IMG/VR virus record: IMGVR_UViG_3300006127_000021
Coordinates: 1 to 48,049 of that record
Length of the DNA stretch: 48,049 nt
DNA from: a virus
Taxonomy: Duplodnaviria; Caudoviricetes
Direction: 5' to 3' (one strand)
The position numbers and the translations under genes were made by a program. The notes under the pieces are model-generated. The model saw nothing but the letters and a program-made list of their open reading frames with translations. It was not told the origin of the DNA and made no database searches. Of this stretch, positions 9,799 to 18,914 are shown in pieces (the first letter of the stretch is position 1; each line of letters opens with the position of its first letter).

Positions 9799-10080
9799 TT
9801 AAAAAATAGTTTTCTTCTTTTTTTGTTGTATGAAAAATGTATCATCTACATTTTCCCATTTTTTTAAGGGACATGGGTTATATTCATTTGTGAATATTTT
9901 TTTGCCAATTGGACACCCACATTCATTACAAAATTCACCCCACTTCTTTTCTTTAAATAATCTTTTTTTAGAAGGACACTCATCACAAATCTTACCTCTA
10001 GCTTCCGCTAGTTCCTTTTGTGCCGGTGTTGGATTACCCGCAATAATCCATGCTTCAACGATTTCTTTAAAATTCAACAT
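9799..10080 (-). CDS. Small Cys-rich metal-binding protein (DUF6171-like pattern)
   Basis: R..ICDECP...CNECGCP...K...CPLKKW; C-terminus KKKKTIF. Confidence 0.7.
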   Translation of the reverse strand: MLNFKEIVEAWIIAGNPTPAQKELAEARGKICDECPSKKRLFKEKKWGEFCNECGCPIGKKIFTNEYNPCPLKKWENVDDTFFIQQKKKKTIF

Positions 10081-10098
10081 ATAACCTTTTATTTAATA

Positions 10099-10188
10099 TT
10101 ATGAATGTGTTGTAACTATTAAATTACCAATTTGGGTAACAATAGTATTCATAGCTTGGATATCAGTATCAGAAATTATCTTGCTCAT
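10099..10188 (-). CDS. 29-aa micro-ORF
   Basis: Hand-translated MSKIISDTDIQAMNTIVTQIGNLIVTTHS*; fills the gap between co-oriented genes with 18-nt spacers on both sides. Confidence 0.6.
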   Translation of the reverse strand: MSKIISDTDIQAMNTIVTQIGNLIVTTHS

Positions 10189-10206
10189 ATTTTATATATT
10201 TTAAAA

Positions 10207-11703
10207 TTAACAGTTAGGTGCTGTACAAATGTGTTGTACATTACAATAAGGTTGTGTTTTATTTGGGCAAACATAACATTGTCCATTACAACTTGCACAT
10301 GATCCACAACCAAAATTATGTTCAAATAATGCAAATGTATTATCCGTAGTAGTATCTTTTACAATGTAGCAGTGTTCTGCACTTTTAACCGATACAATCC
10401 AACCTTCAAAAATAGTAGATTCAACTACTACTGAACTTACGGTCTTTAATAACGCATCAAACGCTGCATCATCCGTATTAGTTGTGTTTACACCGATTAA
10501 TTGGTCACCATTAATTAAATCACCACTTACTACCCATCTAACTTCATTATCTCTAAGTGTTAAAAAACTTACAACATTACCATCGGTCCAAGTAGTTCCA
10601 TCGGTAAAAGTTATTGTTGCAATTTTTGAATATGTTTGTAATGGTATCACATATCCAAGTGGTGCAGTTGTATAAGTTAAACCACTAACAAATGTTGTGT
10701 AATCCATATGGAAATTAGCAGATTCATTTGTTGTATCGGTATTATTTGGATTTGGGAACACTATTGTTTTAATAATATCATCTTCCTTTAATTCAGATGG
10801 AAATTTCCAAGTACCATCTGCCATTTCGATTTTATCGGTATTGCGTAATTTAGGGTGACCAGATTGTCTAACAACATTAGTTAAATATCTTCCTCTAGAA
10901 AGATCTTCTAATTCAAAAGTATCAGTATTATAAGTTGGAGTTTCACTAAATAAATCCAATTCTGGTATTTGTGTGTTTTGTCCCAAACTAATTGATTCTA
11001 ATGTAGGTGGATATAACAAATTATATGATCTTATAGTTTGAATATGTGAACCAAACAATAATTTATCTGCATTAAATAAAAATTCAGTTAAAATATATTG
11101 GTCACCCAAAGAATCAATTACTTTATCTAAATCAGTCTGAGTTGTTATTTTTAATAATTTAGGATATACATTAATATCATAGTTAGGATATCTTGATTTT
11201 ATAATAAAGTTTGGGTGCACTCCATTATCCTTAATTTCATTAATTGTATTTATTAAAGTACCATTTGAATCAGTTAATGCGTATTGTAAACCAAAAGTTG
11301 AATTACCAACTAATTGTAAAAAATTACTCTTATCTGCACAATATGTATCATCTATAATAGCGGTAGTATCATATGCACTTCTGATAATTAAAATATCATC
11401 ACCATCCTCAACATACGGTACAGTCAATGAATCACCACCTACATTGTAGTAAGTATACTCAATTGAATGTGTATTACAAAATGGACTTAATGCCTGATTT
11501 AATTCTGCAATATCCCCAATATACACTAATTTTGTAAAATTGTTATTTGTAATAAATGCTTCTAATGCTTCAAAATTGAATACATCTTCTACCTTTTCTA
11601 TAATGCTGTTTGGATTTAAAGTAACATTTGTATTGATTTCAATAGGCTTTAAATTACCTGAGTTATCATACATAAAGTCAGTACCAACTAATACGGTTCT
11701 CAT
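10207..11703 (-). CDS. Circularly permuted ATP-grasp-like domain + Hint domain + Cys-rich C-terminal peptide
   Basis: N-terminal GTDFMYDNSGNLKPIEINT, FIIKSR and YILTEFL; Hint-like IEMADGTWKFPSELKEDDII and WVVSGDLINGDQL, ending in EHN; then a 35-aa peptide with 8 Cys. Confidence 0.7.
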   Translation of the reverse strand: MRTVLVGTDFMYDNSGNLKPIEINTNVTLNPNSIIEKVEDVFNFEALEAFITNNNFTKLVYIGDIAELNQALSPFCNTHSIEYTYYNVGGDSLTVPYVEDGDDILIIRSAYDTTAIIDDTYCADKSNFLQLVGNSTFGLQYALTDSNGTLINTINEIKDNGVHPNFIIKSRYPNYDINVYPKLLKITTQTDLDKVIDSLGDQYILTEFLFNADKLLFGSHIQTIRSYNLLYPPTLESISLGQNTQIPELDLFSETPTYNTDTFELEDLSRGRYLTNVVRQSGHPKLRNTDKIEMADGTWKFPSELKEDDIIKTIVFPNPNNTDTTNESANFHMDYTTFVSGLTYTTAPLGYVIPLQTYSKIATITFTDGTTWTDGNVVSFLTLRDNEVRWVVSGDLINGDQLIGVNTTNTDDAAFDALLKTVSSVVVESTIFEGWIVSVKSAEHCYIVKDTTTDNTFALFEHNFGCGSCASCNGQCYVCPNKTQPYCNVQHICTAPNC

Positions 11704-11760
11704 ATTTTTCTATTTTCTTTGTTTATATCTATAAGTATAATAATTTTTAAAAAAATTATA

Positions 11761-12267
11761 TTAAAGTAATGTTTTGTTTAATTTATATTTTTCTATTTTA
11801 TAATCCCATGGATTTATTGCGATTATAATTCGTTCACCTCTAAATGGTTCTACCATATGTAATAATCCTTTTGGGAATGTAATTAATTCATTTGTTTTTG
11901 GGGTGTATGTTTCCAACTCTGTTATCAAATTTCCCCCAATTAAATTTTCAATTTTTGCATAGTATACTATACTGCAAATGGGTGTTTTAATTTCACCTGT
12001 TTTACTTTTTAAAACGTCATCTGAATCTATGTGCCATCCAGGATGTGTGTTGACATGTGACCAACATTCTATACCAACCATGTTTGATAAATCAACATAT
12101 TCATTTATTTTGTTTAGTATTTTTTTCAATGGTAATTCTGCATGTTCAAATGTTTTATAATTTCCATCAAACCATTGACTAGATTTATTATTTTTAAAAT
12201 AATCTAACATAATTACATTTTCATTTGGTGTTAAGGCCGATTCAATTTTTATTATTTTATTGCACAT
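11761..12267 (-). CDS. 2OG-Fe(II) oxygenase
   Basis: WHID, SIVYY, GGNL, LHMVEPFRGER; C-terminus LNKTLL. Confidence 0.85.
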   Translation of the reverse strand: MCNKIIKIESALTPNENVIMLDYFKNNKSSQWFDGNYKTFEHAELPLKKILNKINEYVDLSNMVGIECWSHVNTHPGWHIDSDDVLKSKTGEIKTPICSIVYYAKIENLIGGNLITELETYTPKTNELITFPKGLLHMVEPFRGERIIIAINPWDYKIEKYKLNKTLL

Positions 12268-12269
12268 AT

Positions 12270-12794
12270 TTAAAATAATTTTTGTTCTTTATCTAAAAAA
12301 AATTGTAATGTAATTCTATTAGGTGCACCTATGTTTACACAACTTACAGAATGTTCTACACCATCCATCTGCAAAACAGCTAAGTTTTTATCAGGTTTAA
12401 TTGCCTTTATCTCAGTATCTTCTTTATACATTAAATACCCACCCCAATTATCATTCCATTCTTCATTTAAATAAACTGTCAATGCTGCTTTAACATGCGT
12501 ATCATCATGCCATGTAATGTAACTTAATGGTGGAAAAATATGAATAACAATGTTTGTAATTACATATGGAATTTTAGGTTCACATTCTAATTTAATTTTT
12601 CTAAGAATATCCAATTCGTTTTTACCAAACTCATATCTTGCAATCAATCCACTATTACCTTTTAAACTATCTTGCCAACTAAGATTTGTATTAAATAAAC
12701 CAGATTTATTTCTTATTAAAGAATTTACATATTCAGTTATTTCGGTGTATAGTTCTGAACTAAAAAATGATTCATATTTTATTATATTTTTCAT
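12270..12794 (-). CDS. 2OG-Fe(II) oxygenase (prolyl-hydroxylase-like)
   Basis: WHDD, YLNEEWNDNWGG, EHSV, RITLQ; C-terminus EQKLF. Confidence 0.88.
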   Translation of the reverse strand: MKNIIKYESFFSSELYTEITEYVNSLIRNKSGLFNTNLSWQDSLKGNSGLIARYEFGKNELDILRKIKLECEPKIPYVITNIVIHIFPPLSYITWHDDTHVKAALTVYLNEEWNDNWGGYLMYKEDTEIKAIKPDKNLAVLQMDGVEHSVSCVNIGAPNRITLQFFLDKEQKLF

Positions 12795-13483
12795 ATGATA
12801 CTTTTATTTTCCGTTTTTACAATAGTGTTGAAATTTATAATATATCTATTGTGTTCCTTCGGCCATCCTGGTGTATGTAACAATATACCATCAAAAACAA
12901 CAACTCTACCTTGCTTTGGTGATACGGATACAATCTCTTCTAAATTTTTAAAATCACCCGTTATTGCTTCTTGTTCAACTTTATTATTTATTATAGGTGT
13001 ATTTCCTAATTTATTTCTAAAAAGTGTTGTACTACCATCGGTATCATTAACATAATATACCATAACTAAATGAGGTATGTCTTTATCAGTATGTATCTGT
13101 CTTAAAAAAACTTCACTATCCGGATAAGGTGATATAGGTGGATAACAACTTAACTTATATCTGTAATTAGATAATAATTTCATATCAATTTTTTCTAATA
13201 CTGTGTTTTCTATATTTTTAACAATATCAATAATATTAGAATCTACCTTAGTTTTTGAATTTATATCAATTGACCAAGCTGGAAATTCATAATCATAAAA
13301 TCCATGATTATCTCCATGTGATATATCTTTTTTAAAATGAACCCAATTTTTATAATTGTTATCAAAATAATTTAGCAATTCTTTTTGTAAATCGGTAGTT
13401 ATTATATCATCTATAACATAATATTTTTCACCCAATACCATACTATAATAATTTACTTGATTTTTTAATTTTATATCTTTCAA
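12791..13483 (-). CDS. 2OG-Fe(II) oxygenase
   Basis: IHTD, YYVNDTDGST, PKQGRVVVFDG..LH, RYIINFN; C-terminus ENKSII. True start may be the internal MVLGE. Confidence 0.85.
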   Translation of the reverse strand: MKDIKLKNQVNYYSMVLGEKYYVIDDIITTDLQKELLNYFDNNYKNWVHFKKDISHGDNHGFYDYEFPAWSIDINSKTKVDSNIIDIVKNIENTVLEKIDMKLLSNYRYKLSCYPPISPYPDSEVFLRQIHTDKDIPHLVMVYYVNDTDGSTTLFRNKLGNTPIINNKVEQEAITGDFKNLEEIVSVSPKQGRVVVFDGILLHTPGWPKEHNRYIINFNTIVKTENKSII

Positions 13484-14069
13484 ATGGATTCATCGTTTCA
13501 TTTCCTCTGTTTAAATAAAGATAAATAAATTCATCTATATGATATTCTGTTTTTAATAAAGGCAATATATCCCTCATAAAATATGAATCTTCACCATGAT
13601 TGATATCATAAAATTTTATCTTCTTAACCAATTCAGATTTTATAACATTTTTTTGGTCAGGTGTAAAATTCATTATTGCATTTTCATAATCGATTTTATT
13701 ATTAGGTGGTGCAAATCGTATTGAACAATATTTGTGAAAATTTTTAAGTTTACCCCATTGTTCTATATTACACCATTGGTTAAATGATATCACATCTACA
13801 TCTTCATTAATTCCTTTCATAATCATATCAATACCACAATCCATAATCCAATCATCATCATCCCATTGAACTATATATTTACCTTTAGCCAATTCATTTA
13901 ATGCATTCCTTTTATTACCAATACTCATTTCACCATTATCACATAATGAAATAATTTCAATAGTATCAGTATATGGTTCTGATTGTTTTTTTAATTCATT
14001 ATATAATTCATCAAACAATTTTTTTCTTTTTTCAATGGTAGGTATTGCTATTGTTAATAAAATTTCCAT
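13443..14069 (-). CDS. Glycosyltransferase family 2, paralog 1 of a tandem triplet
   Basis: IAIPT, IGNKRN, GKYIVQWDDDD, GED. Confidence 0.88.
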   Translation of the reverse strand: MEILLTIAIPTIEKRKKLFDELYNELKKQSEPYTDTIEIISLCDNGEMSIGNKRNALNELAKGKYIVQWDDDDWIMDCGIDMIMKGINEDVDVISFNQWCNIEQWGKLKNFHKYCSIRFAPPNNKIDYENAIMNFTPDQKNVIKSELVKKIKFYDINHGEDSYFMRDILPLLKTEYHIDEFIYLYLNRGNETMNPFERYKIKKSSKLL

Positions 14070-14674
14070 TATATTAATTTGGTAGTTTTAAGATTATATC
14101 TTCTTTGATAATTAAAATCTTCTCCACTTCGATTTAATATTTGATAAATATCCTCATCAATTTTATATTCAGTTTTTAAATAAGGAGCCAAATCCATTTT
14201 AAAGAAAAATTCTTCACTCCAACTTGTATCTCTAAATTTAACTTTGTTTATCAATTCTCTTTTTATAGGATTTTTACAATCTGGTTTTACAAACAATACA
14301 CCATCTATTAATTCGTTTGTATATTCTATTGATATTTTTCTGTTACAATTGGTAACATTATCAACTGGAATGTCAGTACTATAATTGTAAGATATAACAT
14401 CTGCATCACTTTTCAATCCTTCCATAATTAGTTCTATTCCATGTGGATGAATCCAATCATCATCATCCCACATTACAACATATTTACCTTTTGATATATC
14501 AACTAACTTTTGTCTTTTTGCACCAATAGTCATTTCTTTGTTATCACAAATATACACTATTTCAATTAAATTACCAAATGGTTCTGATTGTTTTTTTAAT
14601 TCGGCATATAACTCATTAAAACATTCTTTTCTTTGTTCAATTGTAGGTATACCAATAGTTAGTAATATTTCCAT
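14069..14674 (-). CDS. Glycosyltransferase family 2, paralog 2
   Basis: IGIPT, IGAKRQ, GKYVVMWDDDD. Confidence 0.88.
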   Translation of the reverse strand: MEILLTIGIPTIEQRKECFNELYAELKKQSEPFGNLIEIVYICDNKEMTIGAKRQKLVDISKGKYVVMWDDDDWIHPHGIELIMEGLKSDADVISYNYSTDIPVDNVTNCNRKISIEYTNELIDGVLFVKPDCKNPIKRELINKVKFRDTSWSEEFFFKMDLAPYLKTEYKIDEDIYQILNRSGEDFNYQRRYNLKTTKLI

Positions 14675-15285
14675 TATATTAATTTGTTTCTTATTAAATT
14701 ATGTCTTATATCTAATTTAAATAATTCATTGCTTCTATTCATTATTTGATAAACATGCTCATCAATTTTATATTCGATTTTTAGATGGGGAACTAAATCT
14801 AATTTGTAATAAAAATCTTCACCAAAATTAATATCATTAAATATTACTTTTTCTATAATTTCTTTTTTTATTGGATTTTTACAATCTGGTATTGTATATA
14901 AAATTTTATTTTTATTATCAACAAACCCTTTATTATTAATCGAAATATTTCTTGGAAAAGAAGTGTAATCTGTAAGTGGTACATTACAAGAATAATTATA
15001 TGATATTACATCTGCATTTGATGGTAATGCTTTCATTATAATATCAATACCATGTGGATGAATCCAATCATCATCATCCCATTGTACAATATATTTTCCT
15101 TTTGCTATGTTATTTAATTTTTGACGTTTTGCACCAATAGTTATTTCCTTATTATCACACAAATATATTATTTCAATCAAATCTCCAAATGGTTCACATT
15201 GTCTTTTTATTTCATTATATAATTCAATAAAACAATCTTTTCTTTGTTCTATGGTTGGAATTGCAATTGTTAATAAAATTTCCAT
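14674..15285 (-). CDS. Glycosyltransferase family 2, paralog 3
   Basis: IAIPT, IGAKRQ, GKYIVQWDDDD, GED. Confidence 0.88.
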   Translation of the reverse strand: MEILLTIAIPTIEQRKDCFIELYNEIKRQCEPFGDLIEIIYLCDNKEITIGAKRQKLNNIAKGKYIVQWDDDDWIHPHGIDIIMKALPSNADVISYNYSCNVPLTDYTSFPRNISINNKGFVDNKNKILYTIPDCKNPIKKEIIEKVIFNDINFGEDFYYKLDLVPHLKIEYKIDEHVYQIMNRSNELFKLDIRHNLIRNKLI

Positions 15286-16295
15286 TACATAAATTTATTT
15301 TTAAACATATTCTTTCCTCTTTCTATTAATAAATTTTGATTATATACTAATATATCATTTAAGTTTTTATTTAAATCGTGTAATTCATCCTTTGATAATG
15401 TATCTAATCGTTTTATTTCATGTAGTATTGCATTAAACCTATCTGTATTATTCTCTATGTTATCATACTCTTCATTTATAAAAGGATGGAATGTTTTAAA
15501 TCCTATATCTTTTAAATATTGTAAAGAAAAAGGTCTTCCGAATACAATAAATGGGTGGTGGTGCATAATAGGTTTATATGTTTTTTCAGACATATAATAA
15601 AAGTTTTCATAAAAAAAAGTTTCAGTTATAATTGTTATATATGAATCTTCGTATACATTAATAAATTCACTATTGTAACCATCTAATGTAATCATATTTG
15701 ATTCATCAATCCTTCTTTGTTTTTTACTAAAAATCCATTCCGCAAACTTTTGATTTTTTATATATTTGTTCAATTCCTCGGTATTAGAATAAACATCGAT
15801 ATCAAATGAAACTAAATTATTATCTATAAAATTATTATCGTATAAAAATAATTCTTGTAATAATTTTATGCGATGATTTCTTAATCTTCTATTTGGAATA
15901 TGAAATTTATACTTTCGTTTATTATCATTACCTTTAAATAATTTATTTGTATTATTTAATGTAAACGCCTGCTTTGATTTTAAATTAAAATGCATATCTG
16001 AAAAAATTGCGTTTATCTTCGTAGTAGGGAATTTATAACAACAATGTGTAAAAGAAACATTTTCATATGATATACCCAATTCAGTAAGTTGAGTTTCTAC
16101 TAATTTAATAGCAGTATCATCAATATCACCCTCTTCTACTAAATGAATATTTAAAGATATGTTATTATTAATTATATCACTTAATATATCAGATGGTATT
16201 CTTTCAACAAAAATATTTTTACCATATAACTTCGGCCGTTGAAATCCCCAATAGAATGTATGTGAAAACAACATAATATGTTCTCGTTTTTTCAT
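15285..16295 (-). CDS. Putative GT-B-fold glycosyltransferase-like protein
   Basis: NRRLRNHR, YITIITET, MSEKTYKPI...PF...G, GFKTF...INEEYD; similar to 43454..44596. Confidence 0.55.
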   Translation of the reverse strand: MKKREHIMLFSHTFYWGFQRPKLYGKNIFVERIPSDILSDIINNNISLNIHLVEEGDIDDTAIKLVETQLTELGISYENVSFTHCCYKFPTTKINAIFSDMHFNLKSKQAFTLNNTNKLFKGNDNKRKYKFHIPNRRLRNHRIKLLQELFLYDNNFIDNNLVSFDIDVYSNTEELNKYIKNQKFAEWIFSKKQRRIDESNMITLDGYNSEFINVYEDSYITIITETFFYENFYYMSEKTYKPIMHHHPFIVFGRPFSLQYLKDIGFKTFHPFINEEYDNIENNTDRFNAILHEIKRLDTLSKDELHDLNKNLNDILVYNQNLLIERGKNMFKNKFM

Positions 16296-17017
16296 TACAT
16301 TAAAGTTTTATTTGATTTTTTATTATTATAAAACTCACAAATTTTAAATGTATTACCACTTTTAGGACCATTATCATGAATAACATATGGATACATATTT
16401 TTTAATGTAACTCCTGTTTTAGTAATACTAATATAATCTGCTGCATTATATGTGTTGAAAAAGAAATGATTATGTTGGTCAATCATAATATCATCATTAT
16501 GTAAATACTGATATGTCCACCTTCCTTGATCTTCATATATGCATTCAACATTATCTATCATTTGCTGCATATGTTGAATAACTTTTTCAACTTTACCAAT
16601 CCATACCCCAGCGTTTAAATAAATAAATTCAGTTTCTTTTGGTTTATAATCATATAAGTAATCATTTTCCGTATGTGGATATAATACCATCTCTCCACCA
16701 AATATTATTGATTTATTGTGTTTATTAAATTCAAATACTATATCCGATGGATTTTTTATAAAATTTGTATCGGTTGCATCCATATATAAAACATGCTCAT
16801 ATTTACCTAGTAAATTATTCTGTATGTATTCTTTTATTTTGATTACCTTAAATAAAAATAATAAAGTATCAATATCTTTTCCAGCTGTTTCTCCTTCGTT
16901 TTCTCTAATAATATGAATATCTTCTTTGTTAAAATATTTTAATGCATTATCATAAAATGCCGGCATATATGATTTTGGATAATTAAATATTTGTGTTAAA
17001 ACCGCAAGTTGTTTCAT
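16295..17017 (-). CDS. PLOD-like glycosyltransferase domain protein
   Basis: VLYMDATD, IIFGGE, YLNAGVWIG, DQG, HDNG resemble the GT domain of procollagen lysyl hydroxylases. Confidence 0.7.
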   Translation of the reverse strand: MKQLAVLTQIFNYPKSYMPAFYDNALKYFNKEDIHIIRENEGETAGKDIDTLLFLFKVIKIKEYIQNNLLGKYEHVLYMDATDTNFIKNPSDIVFEFNKHNKSIIFGGEMVLYPHTENDYLYDYKPKETEFIYLNAGVWIGKVEKVIQHMQQMIDNVECIYEDQGRWTYQYLHNDDIMIDQHNHFFFNTYNAADYISITKTGVTLKNMYPYVIHDNGPKSGNTFKICEFYNNKKSNKTLM

Positions 17018-17769
17018 TATAGTAAACTTTTATTGTATTTAATAATTTTATTATCAGGTACCAAATTATTTGTCATTTTATGTATACCAAAATAATGTGT
17101 ATAATATTCACCCATTTCACTTCTATATTTATTCATATTTTTCATTTCAACTTTACGATATTTTGCTAAAATTGTTAAAAGAAATTGACTAGTTACCATT
17201 GCAATTTTTGTTTTATCAAATGTTTTATCTAAAGAAAAAATAAAATTATAAAGTATTTTCCAATATTTTACATATTCATTTTTAAATTCGATATCCCTAA
17301 TATATAAAATTCCTGTATTAATAACAGGCAATCGTTCTACTGACCAAAATGGTATATGGTTTTCAATTCCTAATTCTTTCAATTGTGTAATTATTCCCAA
17401 ATATTCAAAATTCCAATTACCATCTTCAAATGCATCAAATACTAATTCATCCGTAAGTTCTGGTAATCTTTTATTTAAAATAACATCTCCATCTATTAAT
17501 AGAAAATTATCATTTCTATTTTCTAATACATACAATTTAGGATAATCCCATATTTTTTCGTATAGATTATTTTCTAAATAAATAAGTTCGTCTGCAATAT
17601 CTTTAAAATAGTTTACTGAATTTTTATCACAATAAACGATTATATCATACCCCAATCCCTTTGCTGTTATCATTGATAGAATATAATGATTTATAAGAAC
17701 TATTTTATGTCTTTCATCATCGTATGTCTTTTCAACCCTACCATCATATGTCCAAATTAATTTTATCAT
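17017..17769 (-). CDS. Nucleotide-diphospho-sugar transferase-like (GT-A) protein
   Basis: W..PK, FLLIDGDV (DxD), INTGIL, YTHYFG. Confidence 0.65.
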   Translation of the reverse strand: MIKLIWTYDGRVEKTYDDERHKIVLINHYILSMITAKGLGYDIIVYCDKNSVNYFKDIADELIYLENNLYEKIWDYPKLYVLENRNDNFLLIDGDVILNKRLPELTDELVFDAFEDGNWNFEYLGIITQLKELGIENHIPFWSVERLPVINTGILYIRDIEFKNEYVKYWKILYNFIFSLDKTFDKTKIAMVTSQFLLTILAKYRKVEMKNMNKYRSEMGEYYTHYFGIHKMTNNLVPDNKIIKYNKSLL

Positions 17770-18404
17770 ATAAGTCCACTAATACCTTTTAAGATTACAT
17801 TACCAGCAATTGATATTCTTTCTATATTTGGAGTATTAAACGCCTCTACTTGGTGTGTTAAGTAAGATGGGAAAATAAACATCTCACCTACTTTTGGAAT
17901 ATGATTAAATCCATATATAGGTGAAATTAAATCATCTATATCTGCAAATATATTATTTTGTACACCAGATGTTTTATTCGGATAACCATATTGAAATGTA
18001 ATAGAACCTGCAGGTGAACCATTTGATTCATTTATTTCGTTATACATTTCATTATCTATTTTTACATATATTACATATGATATATGACCACTATGTGTAT
18101 GAGGTGGATTATATTCCTTTGTTCTTTGAATGTTTATCCATATATCATCGAATATATAATCTAATTTAATTTTATTATTTTTATCTTTTTGTAATTCACT
18201 TATATACTGCTCAATATATGGCTCAATCTTTTTAGAAAATTTATTCTTATCTTCAATAGAAAATCCAAATTCATTCTCTATCTTACCTGCAAGAACTTTA
18301 TTATATGGATTAGTTTGTTTTAAACCTGTTTCCAATAATTCACTAACTAGTTCATTTGAAACCGTTAACTTTATCAATTGTGGACCAAAAATATATTTTT
18401 TCAT
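17766..18404 (-). CDS. Putative 2OG-Fe(II) oxygenase
   Basis: WINIQ, YNPPHTH, SYVIY, FPSYLTHQV, RISIAGN. Confidence 0.85.
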   Translation of the reverse strand: MKKYIFGPQLIKLTVSNELVSELLETGLKQTNPYNKVLAGKIENEFGFSIEDKNKFSKKIEPYIEQYISELQKDKNNKIKLDYIFDDIWINIQRTKEYNPPHTHSGHISYVIYVKIDNEMYNEINESNGSPAGSITFQYGYPNKTSGVQNNIFADIDDLISPIYGFNHIPKVGEMFIFPSYLTHQVEAFNTPNIERISIAGNVILKGISGLI

Positions 18405-18913
18405 TATAATAAACTTTTCTTGTCCTTTTTATTCCATTTCATCCAAACTACTAATACTTCTCTATTTTCTGACTTTATTGGTGCAACCCTATGTGGTTTA
18501 TTGGCATCAAATTCAATCATATCTCCTAATTTAAATGGTATTAATTTATTTTCTAAATAAAATTCACCACCTTCAAAATTATCATTTAACATAATAATAT
18601 AAGTTCGTATTGATGCTATTTTATCAACATGTGTTTTTGCTTCATCACCAACACCATAATTTATATAATGTACATTTGCAATATATTCATCCGGATTTAT
18701 TTTAATATATTTTTTAACTACATTAACTAACTCATCATTATACAAATCACAAAAAAATGCTTTAGCTTTTATTATATCTAAATTATAATCATCTTTATTG
18801 AATCGTTTATTATAAATGTTATTTACATCATCACCAGAATTTTCGGTTCCTTTATTGTAAATTTTTTTTATAAGTTCAATATCCTCAATTGATATTTTAT
18901 GTCTAATTTCCAT
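18404..18913 (-). CDS. 2OG-Fe(II) oxygenase
   Basis: THVD, LNDNFEGGE, HRVAPIKSENR; C-terminus KDKKSLL. Confidence 0.88.
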   Translation of the reverse strand: MEIRHKISIEDIELIKKIYNKGTENSGDDVNNIYNKRFNKDDYNLDIIKAKAFFCDLYNDELVNVVKKYIKINPDEYIANVHYINYGVGDEAKTHVDKIASIRTYIIMLNDNFEGGEFYLENKLIPFKLGDMIEFDANKPHRVAPIKSENREVLVVWMKWNKKDKKSLL

Positions 18914-18914
18914 A

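Noticed and set aside
10315-10851. Canonical splicing intein or homing-endonuclease intein
   Set aside because: No N-terminal Cys/Ser, +1 residue is Phe, and no LAGLIDADG motifs; treated as a cleavage-type Hint domain instead.
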